Of a stretch of DNA of 64,000 nucleotides, positions 52,451-64,000 are shown piece after piece (the first letter of the stretch is position 1; each line of letters begins with the position of its first letter). A model generated the notes under the pieces. It did not search any database and had not been told where the DNA came from. It saw only the letters and a program-made list of their open reading frames with translations. A program made the position numbers and the translations under genes. The DNA comes from Paecilomyces variotii (taxonomy: Eukaryota), in the NCBI GenBank assembly GCA_004022145.1, contig RCNU01000005.1. One strand, written 5' to 3'.

Positions 52451-53874
52451 TCTTACGATACGACGTGTACAGACGGCTCTCTTCTCTTCGATTCATCCCA
52501 GAGAGTCCACTACAAACAAAAAAAAAACCCCTTTAATTAAAAATCCTGATAACAGCAAAATTCGCCATCAAAAACTTGACGCGCCATCTGGGATGTCGCC
52601 TTCAATTCTGTTCAATACTCCTTTGTCACCTGCTTCTACCGACCGATGAACGAGTACAGTAGCATAGGGTCTGTTGGGAGTTGTCTAGGCGTTAGGATCT
52701 CGTTGTTTTTTTCTTTCATCTTCTCTGTACGTGTACGAGTTGTCATGGACGACGTTGCAATCATGGTTTCGAAGGGCTTCTGGGTTTGGGTTAACCGCAC
52801 CGGTGTGGGAACTGGAACTGCACACGACAGACAGACTTGGCGTGAAGGAGTCACTAATTGCTTGCATTTTTACTGTTGTTGATGTTGTCGCTTTTTCCTC
52901 GACAATCCTGCGTCATATTTTTATCCAATCATCAATATCCCCCCACATGTTTATGATGTCACGTTTGCTTTTACAAAATCTCGTCTCCATCTTCGTTTCT
53001 CTGTCTCGGTGGACGGTGCACCTCGTGGAGGTAGGGAGGGCCGATATAGGAGTCTTCCCCTCAAGTCACTGTCATAGTTAGCAGGGATCTGAACGATGCC
53101 GATCAAGTGGTGACCATTAGGTAATTCTAGCTTCCTTCTGAAGCGACCCGGTAATAAAACACAGACCGCTTGTTCGAACTTTCTTCTCATCAGCATAGCC
53201 AGTAGACTGTATTACATAGCATAATCTCTTCTCATGGATAGTCTATCTCTATCCAGCTGGCTGAATTAAACGCCGTAATCCCACATCATACTTAATGCAC
53301 CCTCACTCACATAGTTATAACCAATTAAATATAGTCAATTGCCTCAGCAAACATGACGCAGGACGTAGCAAAAACAAGATAAATTCCATAACTAACTAGT
53401 TATCGCTTCCACTCTTACGTGAGACGGGACCAGATAATAATCATCGTTGCCAAGTTCGCGATATAGTACTCCGTACATAGTTCGTTCTAACGAACGGCTT
53501 ACTTGCTTTAGTTCCCGGATCTCCGGAACCGAAGCTCTCCACAAGGGACACTACATTCTGATTGGAGGGGGGGGTTCGTCAAGATTAAGGTTGTGTTTGG
53601 AGATACATACAGTATCCAGTAATAATAGTTCGGGGTAGAAAAGATGGGAAATTAGCATAGCCTCTCTGTGTCTACAGGAACCGAACTGAAATCCCTGAAC
53701 CTATCTATCTAAAGGAAAATGAAAAGCTAACACAAGACTCAGAATAAAATTCACATATGAAGAGAGAGAGAGAGAGAGAAAGAAAAAAAACCAAGCCCGA
53801 CTAGTGTGAATTCGAATTTGAATTTAAACGCGGGAAGGTTATAAAATTATAAACAAAAAAAAAAACAAAAAAAT

Positions 53875-54000
53875 GGGCTCAACCGGGACTCGAACCCGGG
53901 ACCACTTCCAAACTTGGATACTGTTTCAAGGCAGATATCCGGAGGGGATTAACTAGATCCACCGCCCGAAGGAAGTATCAGACCACTAGACCATTGAGCC
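53875..54000 (-). tRNA. tRNA-Pro(CGG) with 54-nt intron
   Basis: Acceptor stem GGCTCAA/TTGAGCC, anticodon arm CTTCC-TT-CGG-G[intron 53964-53911]T-GGAAG, T arm CCGGG-TTCGAGT-CCCGG; followed by an oligo-T Pol III terminator. Confidence 0.93.
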
Positions 54001-54569
54001 GGCTTATTAATGTGGCGAGGTTTAGTGATTTATCTATCCGCCTTTCTGTTTTGGGTGGTCTTGAGGAAGATGTGGGTTTTATGGTTGAGTGTTAAGGAGC
54101 GAAATGGTTAGTTTTATTTTTTTTTTTAAGTACTGCTAGTTACTACTTGAGTAATTATAGGGTTGATGTCTAGCTTACTTGCAGATTTTTTGATATGGGT
54201 TCTGGTATATGTGGAAAAGGGATTGCGTTGCATTGGAAGATGTTGATCGTACTTGAGTATATGTAGTAGTGGCTTTTTCCCTGTGCATGCAGGGATTTGA
54301 CAACGTCCTTTGATACCTTGCGGGCTCGAGCTGGGGAGGCATCTGAGCCAGCCGGTAAAGCTGAAAATAGCTAGCTACCTGTTTTTCTACTATAGAAAGG
54401 GAAAGGGGTATATAGTATGGACCTGAGAAATCACGCCTGCTTGTTTCGATTATATATATATATGATAGCATCGGGAAGTTGAACTTGAATATCTACCTCG
54501 CCAACGCAACATTATTTACACCACATCGCTTATATATTACTCCTTGAACGTCTCAACAAAACCTGCCAG

Positions 54570-55964
54570 TCACTGAGCATAGCTCACAGTCGGTGGCTCA
54601 CTAGTCGCGCGATTACCATAGCCCAAGATCTCCACCAGGGCAACCAGCAAGAGTCCCTCTGTGCCCAACACGTCGTCCAGCTGCAACTGAGGTGGGATAC
54701 TCCGGCTGCAAATTTCGCTCAAGTTCAATCGCGATGGATCTCCCGGTCCATCATTGTTGATTGCATCCACCGCCAACGCCCATGCTAGAGGATTATACAG
54801 CACACCTTCGTGCGTGTAGTAGCCGCCTGCTGGCTGATTTGCACATATTGTTTGGAGATGATTATTCGTCACACCGACGTCCCTGGCGTCTGAGAGAAAT
54901 GCGGATGCGGAAGGACCGCTCATCGGTTGTACAATCTCGTCGTAGGTGGAGTAGAGGGTTGTCGTGGGGACATAGGCCGAGTCACCATCGTCATCCCTGA
55001 GAGTCTTGATGAAGTTTGCATCCCATCCTTGTTGCCAGATCGACGGCGTACAAGGATATGATGGGAATCCAGGACAGACGAGAGCCTGAATGATTGTGCC
55101 GTGGAAGTCTGGACTGATGGCAATGAAATCCTCTACCGCATCCCGAGTTGAGGGCCAGTACTTCAATGCCCATTGAGTGTCGAGCCCACCTTGAGACCAG
55201 GATAGCACCGTGACGTTGGACGATGAAACATCAGAGATATAATTGATCGCATACGCAACATACTCCGAGTTCACCTGAGCGTCCCCAAGCGAAGCTGATG
55301 GGATGTTCACCCAGACAGGGTCCACGTTCGCTGCTTCGTTGATCTTGCTGAAACTGAAATAATAAGTTGTTCCAGCAGGTACAGCAGTGCCAGGAACGAG
55401 AATAATTGGCTTCTTCCCATTAGCTCCGTAGGAGAATGAAGGAGGAATATAGATTGCTCCACGGAGAGTATTCTCGTCAAGGGAGTATGGCGCGTCATCC
55501 GATGACTTCGATGGGTAGATAGTAGAGCTCGGGGATCTGGTGTTCACGTTGCTGATTGAGTTCAGAGAGAAATCAGCATAGCCATTGAGAAGGTCAAAGA
55601 TGTCGCTGGGGATTAGTCCCTTGGCGATAAGCTCGTCCGAAGCCTGCGCGATATCCTCAATGCCACTCGAGAAGATTTCTGCGATGGCGTCCAAGGCAAC
55701 TTTGATTGATTGCGTGTTATTCCCATTGGAGTTCCCTTGCAGTCCCGACAAGATATTGGCGGCTGTTTCTGACGTATTGTTCCCTGAAACAGACGGGTTG
55801 TCTGCAACGTTCTTCAAGACCGTCAAGATATCGCTTCCCGTACTCGTGGAGCTTGTCTGGCGCCGAAGTGAAGACCCAAAATTCGAGACAGGCCATGCCA
55901 GCGAACTGTCGAGAAGGCTAGCACCGATGCAAATAGACCATAACCACATGTTCTCGTAATACAT
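54570..55964 (-). CDS. Secreted lipase B (Candida antarctica CALB-like) with N-terminal extension
   Basis: Intronless; signal peptide; LVPGT oxyanion region, SWSQGG nucleophile elbow, SPDFHGT, YDEIVQP (Asp), THEG (His). True start may be the MWLW Met at 55949. Confidence 0.9.
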   Translation of the reverse strand: MYYENMWLWSICIGASLLDSSLAWPVSNFGSSLRRQTSSTSTGSDILTVLKNVADNPSVSGNNTSETAANILSGLQGNSNGNNTQSIKVALDAIAEIFSSGIEDIAQASDELIAKGLIPSDIFDLLNGYADFSLNSISNVNTRSPSSTIYPSKSSDDAPYSLDENTLRGAIYIPPSFSYGANGKKPIILVPGTAVPAGTTYYFSFSKINEAANVDPVWVNIPSASLGDAQVNSEYVAYAINYISDVSSSNVTVLSWSQGGLDTQWALKYWPSTRDAVEDFIAISPDFHGTIIQALVCPGFPSYPCTPSIWQQGWDANFIKTLRDDDGDSAYVPTTTLYSTYDEIVQPMSGPSASAFLSDARDVGVTNNHLQTICANQPAGGYYTHEGVLYNPLAWALAVDAINNDGPGDPSRLNLSEICSRSIPPQLQLDDVLGTEGLLLVALVEILGYGNRATSEPPTVSYAQ

Positions 55965-57476
55965 GTTGTTGACCGATCGAACAACAATATACCCTCAGAA
56001 GCACATCTCGCGTGCCAAAGGCAAGGGAGAGGCGCGCCATGTCTTCCAATAATGAAGTTAATATCATATTCCCCAGGAGAATAGAGTTGTTCAGACTCCT
56101 CAAGACGTCCCTCGGCACGGTCGAGAAGAACAGAATTTAACACCAACCGGCAAACGCGAATTTAGAATATTGGTTAACGGCCGTCCTTGTTGGACAGAAT
56201 CACGAACCTGCTCAAGAAGTAAGAACGAACGTGGATGTGATCAGCGTCTAGGAACCTACCAAGCACGCCATACATGGCAGAAATCCTCTAGTGGGCAGAG
56301 TCGTTCTCGAAGACAACAAGTATATGCAACAACATAGGAGACGATCTAGCACTATGTCTCCCACAAAAGGACGCCGAGTCCAATGATACATCGAGAATGT
56401 GGTGCCAAATTGCGGGGAAGGCCGACGCTCAGACGAACCCTCCTCAACTGCGGGGACGAAAAGTTGGAGATAACTGAAAGCAGACTATGTTCCAGTCACT
56501 TTCTATAGCCTTCGGGCCCATTTGGAAGATCACGGCGGTGACCTATGAAATGGTAGGCTTGAAATTGCGGGGTGAGTTCTCCCGCAATAATGGTACTCGA
56601 TGGAAGTAGCCTCTGTCGGTCCAGTCGCGTCTTTTAGGGGTATTCATAAAAACATACTCGAAGTATGTTGGGAGAAATGAAGCAACACTGTGTTTTGGGA
56701 AGTTTTCTGTAATTCTTCATCAGCAGAAAAACATGCCATTGACTTTGCATGGCGATGGGAACGATGTCCTGAGATCATCGCGCAATAGCTCGTCAAGTCC
56801 TCCGGTCCACTGCAAGATATGATAATGAGATCCATCATACAAGCCTGGGGACTATGATTTCTTCCTGGCCCTAAGTTTTGCGACTACAGGAGCTCTCCTT
56901 CCCCGTAAAGGGTAAAGTGCCAGGTGATTGTTGACTGTAAGGCGTAAGTCAGTTAAATGGCCCATGTTTTGGTAAGCGGAAGAAATAAACTGACCTGACA
57001 GCCGACAGAGCCTTTATTATACCCACAGCAGGGTTTCATTCGACACATTAGTGCTGTCTCTAGTCCAATGCATATCAGTGGGTATGTAAAATATATACAC
57101 ACAAAACATATAGGCAGTGTCTCGGATATATTGTTAGTGGATGTTAGTGGATGAAGGAGCAGGTCGTCGGATCAGATAGTGGATAGTCCGTCCGCTGAGA
57201 GAAAATTCACCCAGAAAATCCACTGCCTAACCTTGTGTATATTGAATCTTGGTGGGAAAGAATGACGAAATAAGGAAACTGAATGAGCTGATGCAAGCGA
57301 GAATCGCCATCATACATTGCACATCGAACAAGCGCACTCATCTCATATTATGACTTTAATGTTGACATGTGACTATACACTATGTAAAATGACTGAGTGA
57401 TACCTCCGTGATTAGTTAACAGATAGCAATATGCACATGAACCTTTCTAGATCCCACAGCGGCCCAGCAGAACCGT

Positions 57477-59526
57477 TTAAGAGTGGGTGGTGTAGTTTGC
57501 AGATGCCTGGGCCGCAGTAACAATTCGTCCGATGGTACTCTGCATAAATGTTCCGGGAGCAGCATATCCATTTAGATTGGTAAGTGCGCGGTTGAACTGG
57601 GTTATGAAATCGCAGTGGCTGTTACTGTTGGCTGAAATTTGGGTATCAACTATCAAGCTGAAACCAAGGTCGCCCACGTTCAACACATTCGCATACGCAT
57701 CGCCACTCTGACTTGGATGTGGCCAAGTGATGGTAGGCGGTATGCTGAGCGCAAGTCGGGCGGTATTTGGATCTCCATAAATAGCGTGACTGGCCATATA
57801 ACTCTGATATCCTTCGGCCAAGGTTGCAAATCCAGGGATGAGAGTGAAATCAACGGACGCATTATAGTTACCCAGCGGAACAGATGAATCGAAGAACATT
57901 GCTAGTACATCGTCTGAATGTAGTCCTGGAGTAACAGAATACTGCATATTGTATGTTTTTCCCGCATACGCTTGCGTCAACGTTCTAACATTGCATGTGA
58001 ATGTGCTATCCCGTACGAAGGCTTTGTCACGTTCTCTTGCTGTCATATAAGGGCTTCCTGGAGTACCCGCTGCTGGGTACTCTTCCAGCACTGCCTTTTC
58101 AACCGCTGGACTCGCATATGCAGGTAATAAGGAGTGGATCCATTCCTCAACCTGCTTATTGTCAATTATGGTGTCTGAGACGAATATGTCGGCTTCGTCG
58201 CATACATGCGACACGATCAAGGAGTCGAGATTCTTCCAGTAATTCCCTAGCTGATTTAGTGTGTATTGTTTCAAATATAGCGAAGGAACAATTACCAGAG
58301 AGGAACTCAAGCCCAGCAAGCTGTCGAATCAAGCTCCCATCAGCAGCAGGGCCTAGATCAGATGACCCAGTAACGGCAGAAGAAATAACTGCTGAGTTTG
58401 CTTTTTGAATTGTCGCGAAATTCACTCGTCGAAGACAGCCCATATCACCACCCGGGCATCCGGCAGCAGTCGCAAAGCTCTGAAAGGTGTCCTCTAATTG
58501 CCCTTGCCGGTCAAATAGTATCTCGAATGCAGGGCTCATGACAACTGCTTTTGAGAATAAGGGATCCTGACTGCCACCAAAGGCAACTAGGTGATGAAAA
58601 ATAGCACTTGCTCCTGCTGACTCGCCCCATGCGCTAACCTGCGTCTTGTCGCCTCCAAGCAAATAGATATAGTCCTGTACCCATTGGAGTGCTGCGCGCT
58701 GATCCCAAAGACCAAGATTTGAAGTTCCGCTCCTTTCCATCGTGTTTCCAGCTAGCCAACCCAACGCACCCAACTAGAGGTAGAGATGAGTCAGTAGAAG
58801 CATCAAATACCAGAAAAAAAAGACGACATACTCGATAGTTGATTGATACAAAGATTATGTCACCATGAGACTGCCTCAGCACTCCGGTGCCTTCGTATAA
58901 TGGTAGAAAGGGCATACCCCCCTTCAATCCCCCAAACACGTTCTTCGAACCGAAGGTGAATGCTCCTCCAAAAATCCACACCACGACTGGAAGTGCCTGC
59001 TCGTCCGGATTCCGGATTGCCTTTCCAGGGACCTGAATGTCTAAGAAGAGACAATCCTCGGAGATCTCACCTGCTAACCCTTCTTCAAGCGCGTTGAGCA
59101 TAGTGCCAATAGGTGATTTCGAGAGACCGCCTGCGTTGAACAATGAGAATGGTATATCTTGAGCACAAGATGGTCCATAACTTCCATTCTGAATACCGGG
59201 AGTTTCTTGGGGAGGTGCAGGCTTTGCAAACCGAAGGTCTCCAGTTGGCGCAGCCGCAAAACGAATGTTACTGAAGTAGTAGATCTAGACGAGGTTAGAA
59301 GCTTTAATGACCTGGGCTTCAGACTTGAGGGTATCTGCACGGATAGACGAACATCATCAGCCACCTCATACGAAGTTGCTTTGTAGGTGGCATATGGTAG
59401 ACTCAGAATTGGAAGCTCACCTTCGGAGTCCTCGAATCTGATCCCCAGTTTTTGAGTTGCAGTAGCTGCAGGAGCAGCTGCAGCAAGGACCGCCATACTC
59501 AGAGCAAAAACAACGACTGAAAGCAT
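57477..59526 (-). CDS. Secreted type-B carboxylesterase/lipase
   Basis: Signal peptide; NIRFAAAPTGDLRF, SEDCLFLD, WIFGGAF, NYRLGALG, GESAG (Ser), GLHSDD (His); four exons in frame. Confidence 0.92.
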
Positions 59527-60126
59527 TTTTTCTTGGAACGAAAGGAGTGTGTATTCCTGAATTAAGTGAAAACTACTGCGAGCTGCAATAGATAATCGCC
59601 AACGCGACTCGTTTTATCTAGGCGCCATCACGCGTCGACCTAATCAGGCGGACAAAGAAACAGCGGCTTGGGAATAGCACGTCCCCACTTGTACGACATG
59701 GGATGAAGGAATTCTTGCTGTGTATAGCACAAAATGTCGGTGTGTGGATTGTCTATATGTTCGCATAGGAAGAATCATAGTGTTAGATTTGACTGTTAAG
59801 AATGAACATGTGGTTTGAGTGCCTACATAGCGTTCGGACACATGATACCTCTCAGGTGTCCGATGACTTGGCATGAGGTGGTACGAAGAGACTTTTTGAG
59901 TAACAAAGTGCGTATTATCTTAAAGGTGACTTTCATCATTCCTTTAAGCTCCCCGAGATTTATGAAAAGATGCGTATCCAGTTTTCTTCTATACTCCAAT
60001 TAACCATCCACCTAATATACTGGTGCAAAAATAGTTCAAGATCAACGACATTTCAAGAAAGCTCAATTGGCCTAACAATTTATGGAATATCTATTAATAC
60101 ACAATAGACAAATCAATCACAATTTC

Positions 60127-60532
60127 TCACTTCTTCTCCAACGTACTCGGGTTATGAGCGACCCGATGTCCATGCTGGTCCTGGAACACGACCTGAAGAG
60201 CGTCAGCATCTCGCCTTCCACAAGAAGACCCGCTAACAAATTGATAACTAGAGCTCCAGTGTTATCGAAGTGACTCACCTTCGGTGGATTTGCAACTCCT
60301 TCCTCACGAGCTCCTTTCTCATCCATAACTATCTTATCGACCTGCAAGCAGACATGTCAGCGAGAAAAAGAATGGTTCGAATTTAACTTCTTCAGTGATC
60401 TATAAAGGAACAGAAGAGAGATTTAACTATACATACCTCACCCTGATGCGTTCCACCGCGATACTTTGTCGCGACATAATCACCCTCATTGATGTTCTCG
60501 CCTTTCTTGTCTTTGACTCTTTCGACGGACAT
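60127..60532 (-). CDS. Small 74-aa conserved fungal protein, Hva1/Tudor-like (DUF2945-like)
   Basis: Exons 60532-60437, 60341-60279, 60192-60127 with GTATGT/GTGAGT donors and CAG acceptors, all phase 0, give MSVERVKDKKGENINEGDYVATKYRGGTHQGEVDKIVMDEKGAREEGVANPPKVVFQDQHGHRVAHNPSTLEKK*. Family label is from recall. Confidence 0.85.
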
Positions 60533-63500
60533 AGTTAAGACTTATTTATGTTCCAAAAGAATCAGAAGATCCTTTTTCTTGTAGTTGATTTCACTGAGAA
60601 TGATAAATTCTTATCGAAAGATATAAAGACGATCGCTGCGTGTGATGTCATCATGATGTTCTGGCAATAAGCAACGAAATCATCATGTTGAAAGATAGGG
60701 CCAGAGCGCAAGGATATTAGGATTATCCATAAGGACTATGGGGTATGGTGCATTATTATTGAATGCTATGTCTGAACATTGGATGACTACTGCGGAATTG
60801 CAGATTGCCTGCGGGAGTGCGAATCTTGCGGTTCTGGGGAGGTGCCTAAGTCCACATGAGATACTTGATACTTTTTTTCGGTTCAATTTCTCGACTGCTG
60901 TCCTAATTCTTGATGCATAGAAATAGTCGTCAACAAATTATGCCAAAGAAAGGCTCTTGCAACTTAGGATGTAGGAAGAGCTTAGTTGACATAGGTAATC
61001 CACCAATCGCCTCACGTGTTCCACGAGCTTTTTGAAAACCTACACTATTCAACCAAACGTTATGCCTCAAGAACTGTATAAATCTTTGAAGGATCTTGTT
61101 AGATATGAGAGGATATTATAATCAAAGATTGAAAGCAGTCTCTAATTCAGTATACATAATAAGTGGCGTAACTTTAATCCACAGATCCTTGCTTTACATA
61201 GCAGATATGCAACCACACAATCCTCCTGGCTGCACATAGATCCCTACAAGGCATCCAATGGATTGGGCCAGGCACTTGTGCCCGAAAAGACGGTGACCAC
61301 GAAAAGAATGCACGTCCACACATAAAGAGGGAGAGGGATATATCGTGTCCTAGGAGCGGTCAAGTGTAACAGGCCAGGGAGGTCGTGTCGTTACAATTCT
61401 TGACACTGCTCTTCAAGTATCCCCAGCGAATAGTAGCTAGATGATGCCATATGGACAGGGAAAGACGCCTGTTCCATCATGCATCTGAGGACATATCCTG
61501 TCCAATGTACAAGCCGCGATGGTGCCCATACCTGCCAATAGAGATGACTGGCAGGAACGGGCCACATCTTGGTTCCTTGCCTCGAGGAGGCCGTGGACCG
61601 GAAAATTCAGTGGAAGCATCCGGTAGTAGCTAATTTTGTTGGGCAAACAAGAAGCCATCGACAGTCTGATTCTGCGACATCCAGCACGCTTTCTGTACAC
61701 GACTGAGACGAACCAAAAGCCGGGAGGAGCCGGAAGCTGTGCATAACTCTCCATGGTGTCGCGATGTAGCATCATCATCGTCTCAAGGCAGAAGCATCTC
61801 CAAGCGGTGTGAGGAAGCAAAGTGTCAATCTCTTGGCACGTTGCAGAATCCACCCTCCGTGGATAATACGAACCAACAATTTACCTAGTTAGAGGATTTA
61901 GTTCGGTCAGTAGGTATGGGGCTGGGATGAACTGTATAGCAGTCTATACTGTAAACATATCAACCAAGATAGGTTGTAGGGTGATTGTCATGGTGGCCAC
62001 GTGCAAACACACACTGGTAAGTAGTGAGCTGAACAATTGCGAAAAGTGGATTCTGCACCATGCAAGGGAAGATGGTGATACAGTGTGGTATGCGTGATGC
62101 TTGTCTGGAGGATCGCAAATCTGCAGCGAAATAAAAACGCAAAATAGGAATGATTTAGATAATCATCCCACTTACGGATACCACATCCTAGAACTGACAG
62201 TTCTAACTCGACCACTCGAAGAAGGGGTTTGAGCTGTCTCTGAGACATGATGCAAGCCAGGGTTCCCCGTTGTCAGGCTGCGCTGGAATGGATGTGACTC
62301 TCGTAAGCACGTAGAGCAATTGTTGATCTACCACCAGATATAATTAATACTCTGCTGTGCGGCATATATGGCATTCTTCAACTGAAACATCCTCCCAATG
62401 TGTTCCTATTGTCGTTCGTAGTTTGCTCGATGCCACGAGTTGGGTGATCCGTGCGAGCTCTTCAACTGAGCCAATTCGTGGCTTGTGGCTTGTAGACCCA
62501 GCCTCTGGCCCTTTCCTGGGAGGTGACATGGGTTAATTCTGAAACTAGTAATCCATTTGCGCGAAGCTTTTCCAGACGAAGCAGGTGGTTAAAAAGGGGT
62601 TCCGCGAACAAAGAACTCTGACAGATCGAGAGCAGCACTACAGACCGTTTTCGGAGGTTGAAAGTGGCGGGACTTGACATCGGGCTCCGATAGGCGACTC
62701 TTCATTGTAACCCTGAGCTGTTACATGCCACCCTGTGGTCGCGTGCCAGCGCAAGTTACAAGAACAACGAGTCTGTAATAATCTAGTCAGCTGCGCATGG
62801 TATGTTTCTTCTGGCAAGAATAGTGCGTAATACAGCAAGATTATGTTAGATATGCTTCTGAAGTTCTGATAAGTAGAGTATGGTGGCTCGGACCGGTCCC
62901 GAAGCCTCGTCTGAAGAAGTTCCAACTGGCGGCGTTGTGACAGAACGGTAACAAGCCAGACGGTATTTGTGACCCCAGCTGTGTGCTGTTGAGGATAAGT
63001 CAAGCAATTGGGCCTGTATTCAATCAAGAAAAGGCTCAATCCCGAGGCGTTATTTCTAGAAGCTGATCCAACTCTTGTTATTAAAACCATGTGTTGATAG
63101 GAGATTCTTCAGAGTCATCTGTGGCGAAATTCCGGTTATTCTTTAGCTAAGTTAAGAACATCTTCACAACTATGGATCGTCGCGAAGGATTGAGAACATT
63201 TTCCACGCGTGTGTCCGACTCTCAGCAGGAAGACACTCTGAGTATCTGAACATTCTACAGACATCCGCTGGACCGCAGCATAGCGCTGTATCGCTAGCAT
63301 CGAATGATTTGGGATACACAATCCACAATAATATTATTGCCATTGAGCTGTCATCCCTGAAAAGTGATAGTACTGTAACTATCATATAGTAGTATGGATG
63401 CAGATGAGGTTACCGACATCGACCAACGCAGAATGTCACCTTCGACTTCGAGAAAGTGGTTCGACCGGAGCTGTGTTTCCTCCATCAACTCCAATGAGAC

Positions 63501-64000
63501 CTTGTAGAATAATTAAGCTTAGACACGATTAGAGCTCAACTGATTATCAGCTACTACCTAGTTAATAGTTGTACTGTACGTACGTATGTATGTATGTACA
63601 GTAGATACGTCGATACATACGCATACCAGACCGCGGCGCGCAAACGGTACCTGACGATACCGACGGGATACGGCACCCCGACAATGATCAATACCACCCT
63701 GGCCTGGGCTCTCTGCAACTCTGGGCTCGATCTCATCGACCTTTTTCTCCATACCAGCGCCAATCTTTCTCCCCATCAACCCCATACCGGCCGAGTAGAC
63801 TGGCAGGTCTGGGAACCTCGCCTTGTCCACGAGGAAACGGCAGATCGCACTGTAACGCTTCCGTCTCCTCGTGAGATCTCCTCTTGCAACTGCTGTTTGC
63901 TTTCTGCCGTCTCCTTCCTGGAAGCTTGCCATTCGCTTCCTGTTTCTTTCCTGGTGATCGCGCCCGTCTTTCCTGTTAGGGCTGCTCCGTCGTGTCCGGC

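Noticed and set aside
61200..64000. Several short ORFs at the right end
   Set aside because: No frame gave a recognisable protein; could be decayed sequence or the upstream region of a gene beyond the window.
1..64000. CRISPR arrays, intact transposons, rRNA, telomeric repeats
   Set aside because: No spaced direct repeats, transposase or reverse-transcriptase ORFs, LTR/TIR pairs or rRNA-like sequence found by eye; only short microsatellites.

Overview
Intron-rich genomic DNA from a filamentous ascomycete, most likely Eurotiales (Aspergillus/Talaromyces/Rasamsonia-like; species not determinable). The core (22.6-52.5 kb) is a fungal N-acetylglucosamine catabolism cluster: NGT1-like transporter and GlcNAc-6-P deacetylase (divergent pair), GlcN-6-P deaminase and GH3-GNAT Ngs1/Nag3-type protein (divergent pair), and an Ndt80-family regulator (XprG/Ron1). 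A divergent choline oxidase and betaine-aldehyde dehydrogenase pair, a conserved hypothetical gene and an APH-fold phosphotransferase are embedded in it. No hexokinase/GlcNAc kinase gene is visible. The left flank has a FarB/CTF1-beta Zn2Cys6 factor, a LaeA-like methyltransferase, an MFS transporter, a GST, an S10 carboxypeptidase and decayed gene relics. The right flank has an intron-containing tRNA-Pro(CGG), a CALB-like lipase, a type-B carboxylesterase and a 74-aa three-exon gene missed by the ORF track. The GlcNAc cluster and the codA/badA pair are known gene arrangements. The less obvious signals are: a collinear DNA module shared by the two GlcNAc bidirectional promoters, PTS1-type C-termini on both betaine enzymes, a catalytically degenerate GH3 domain, an intron splitting the deaminase start codon, and a strongly over-represented TACTCCGTA word. 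Gene models were spliced by eye and family calls rest on motif recognition, not database searches.
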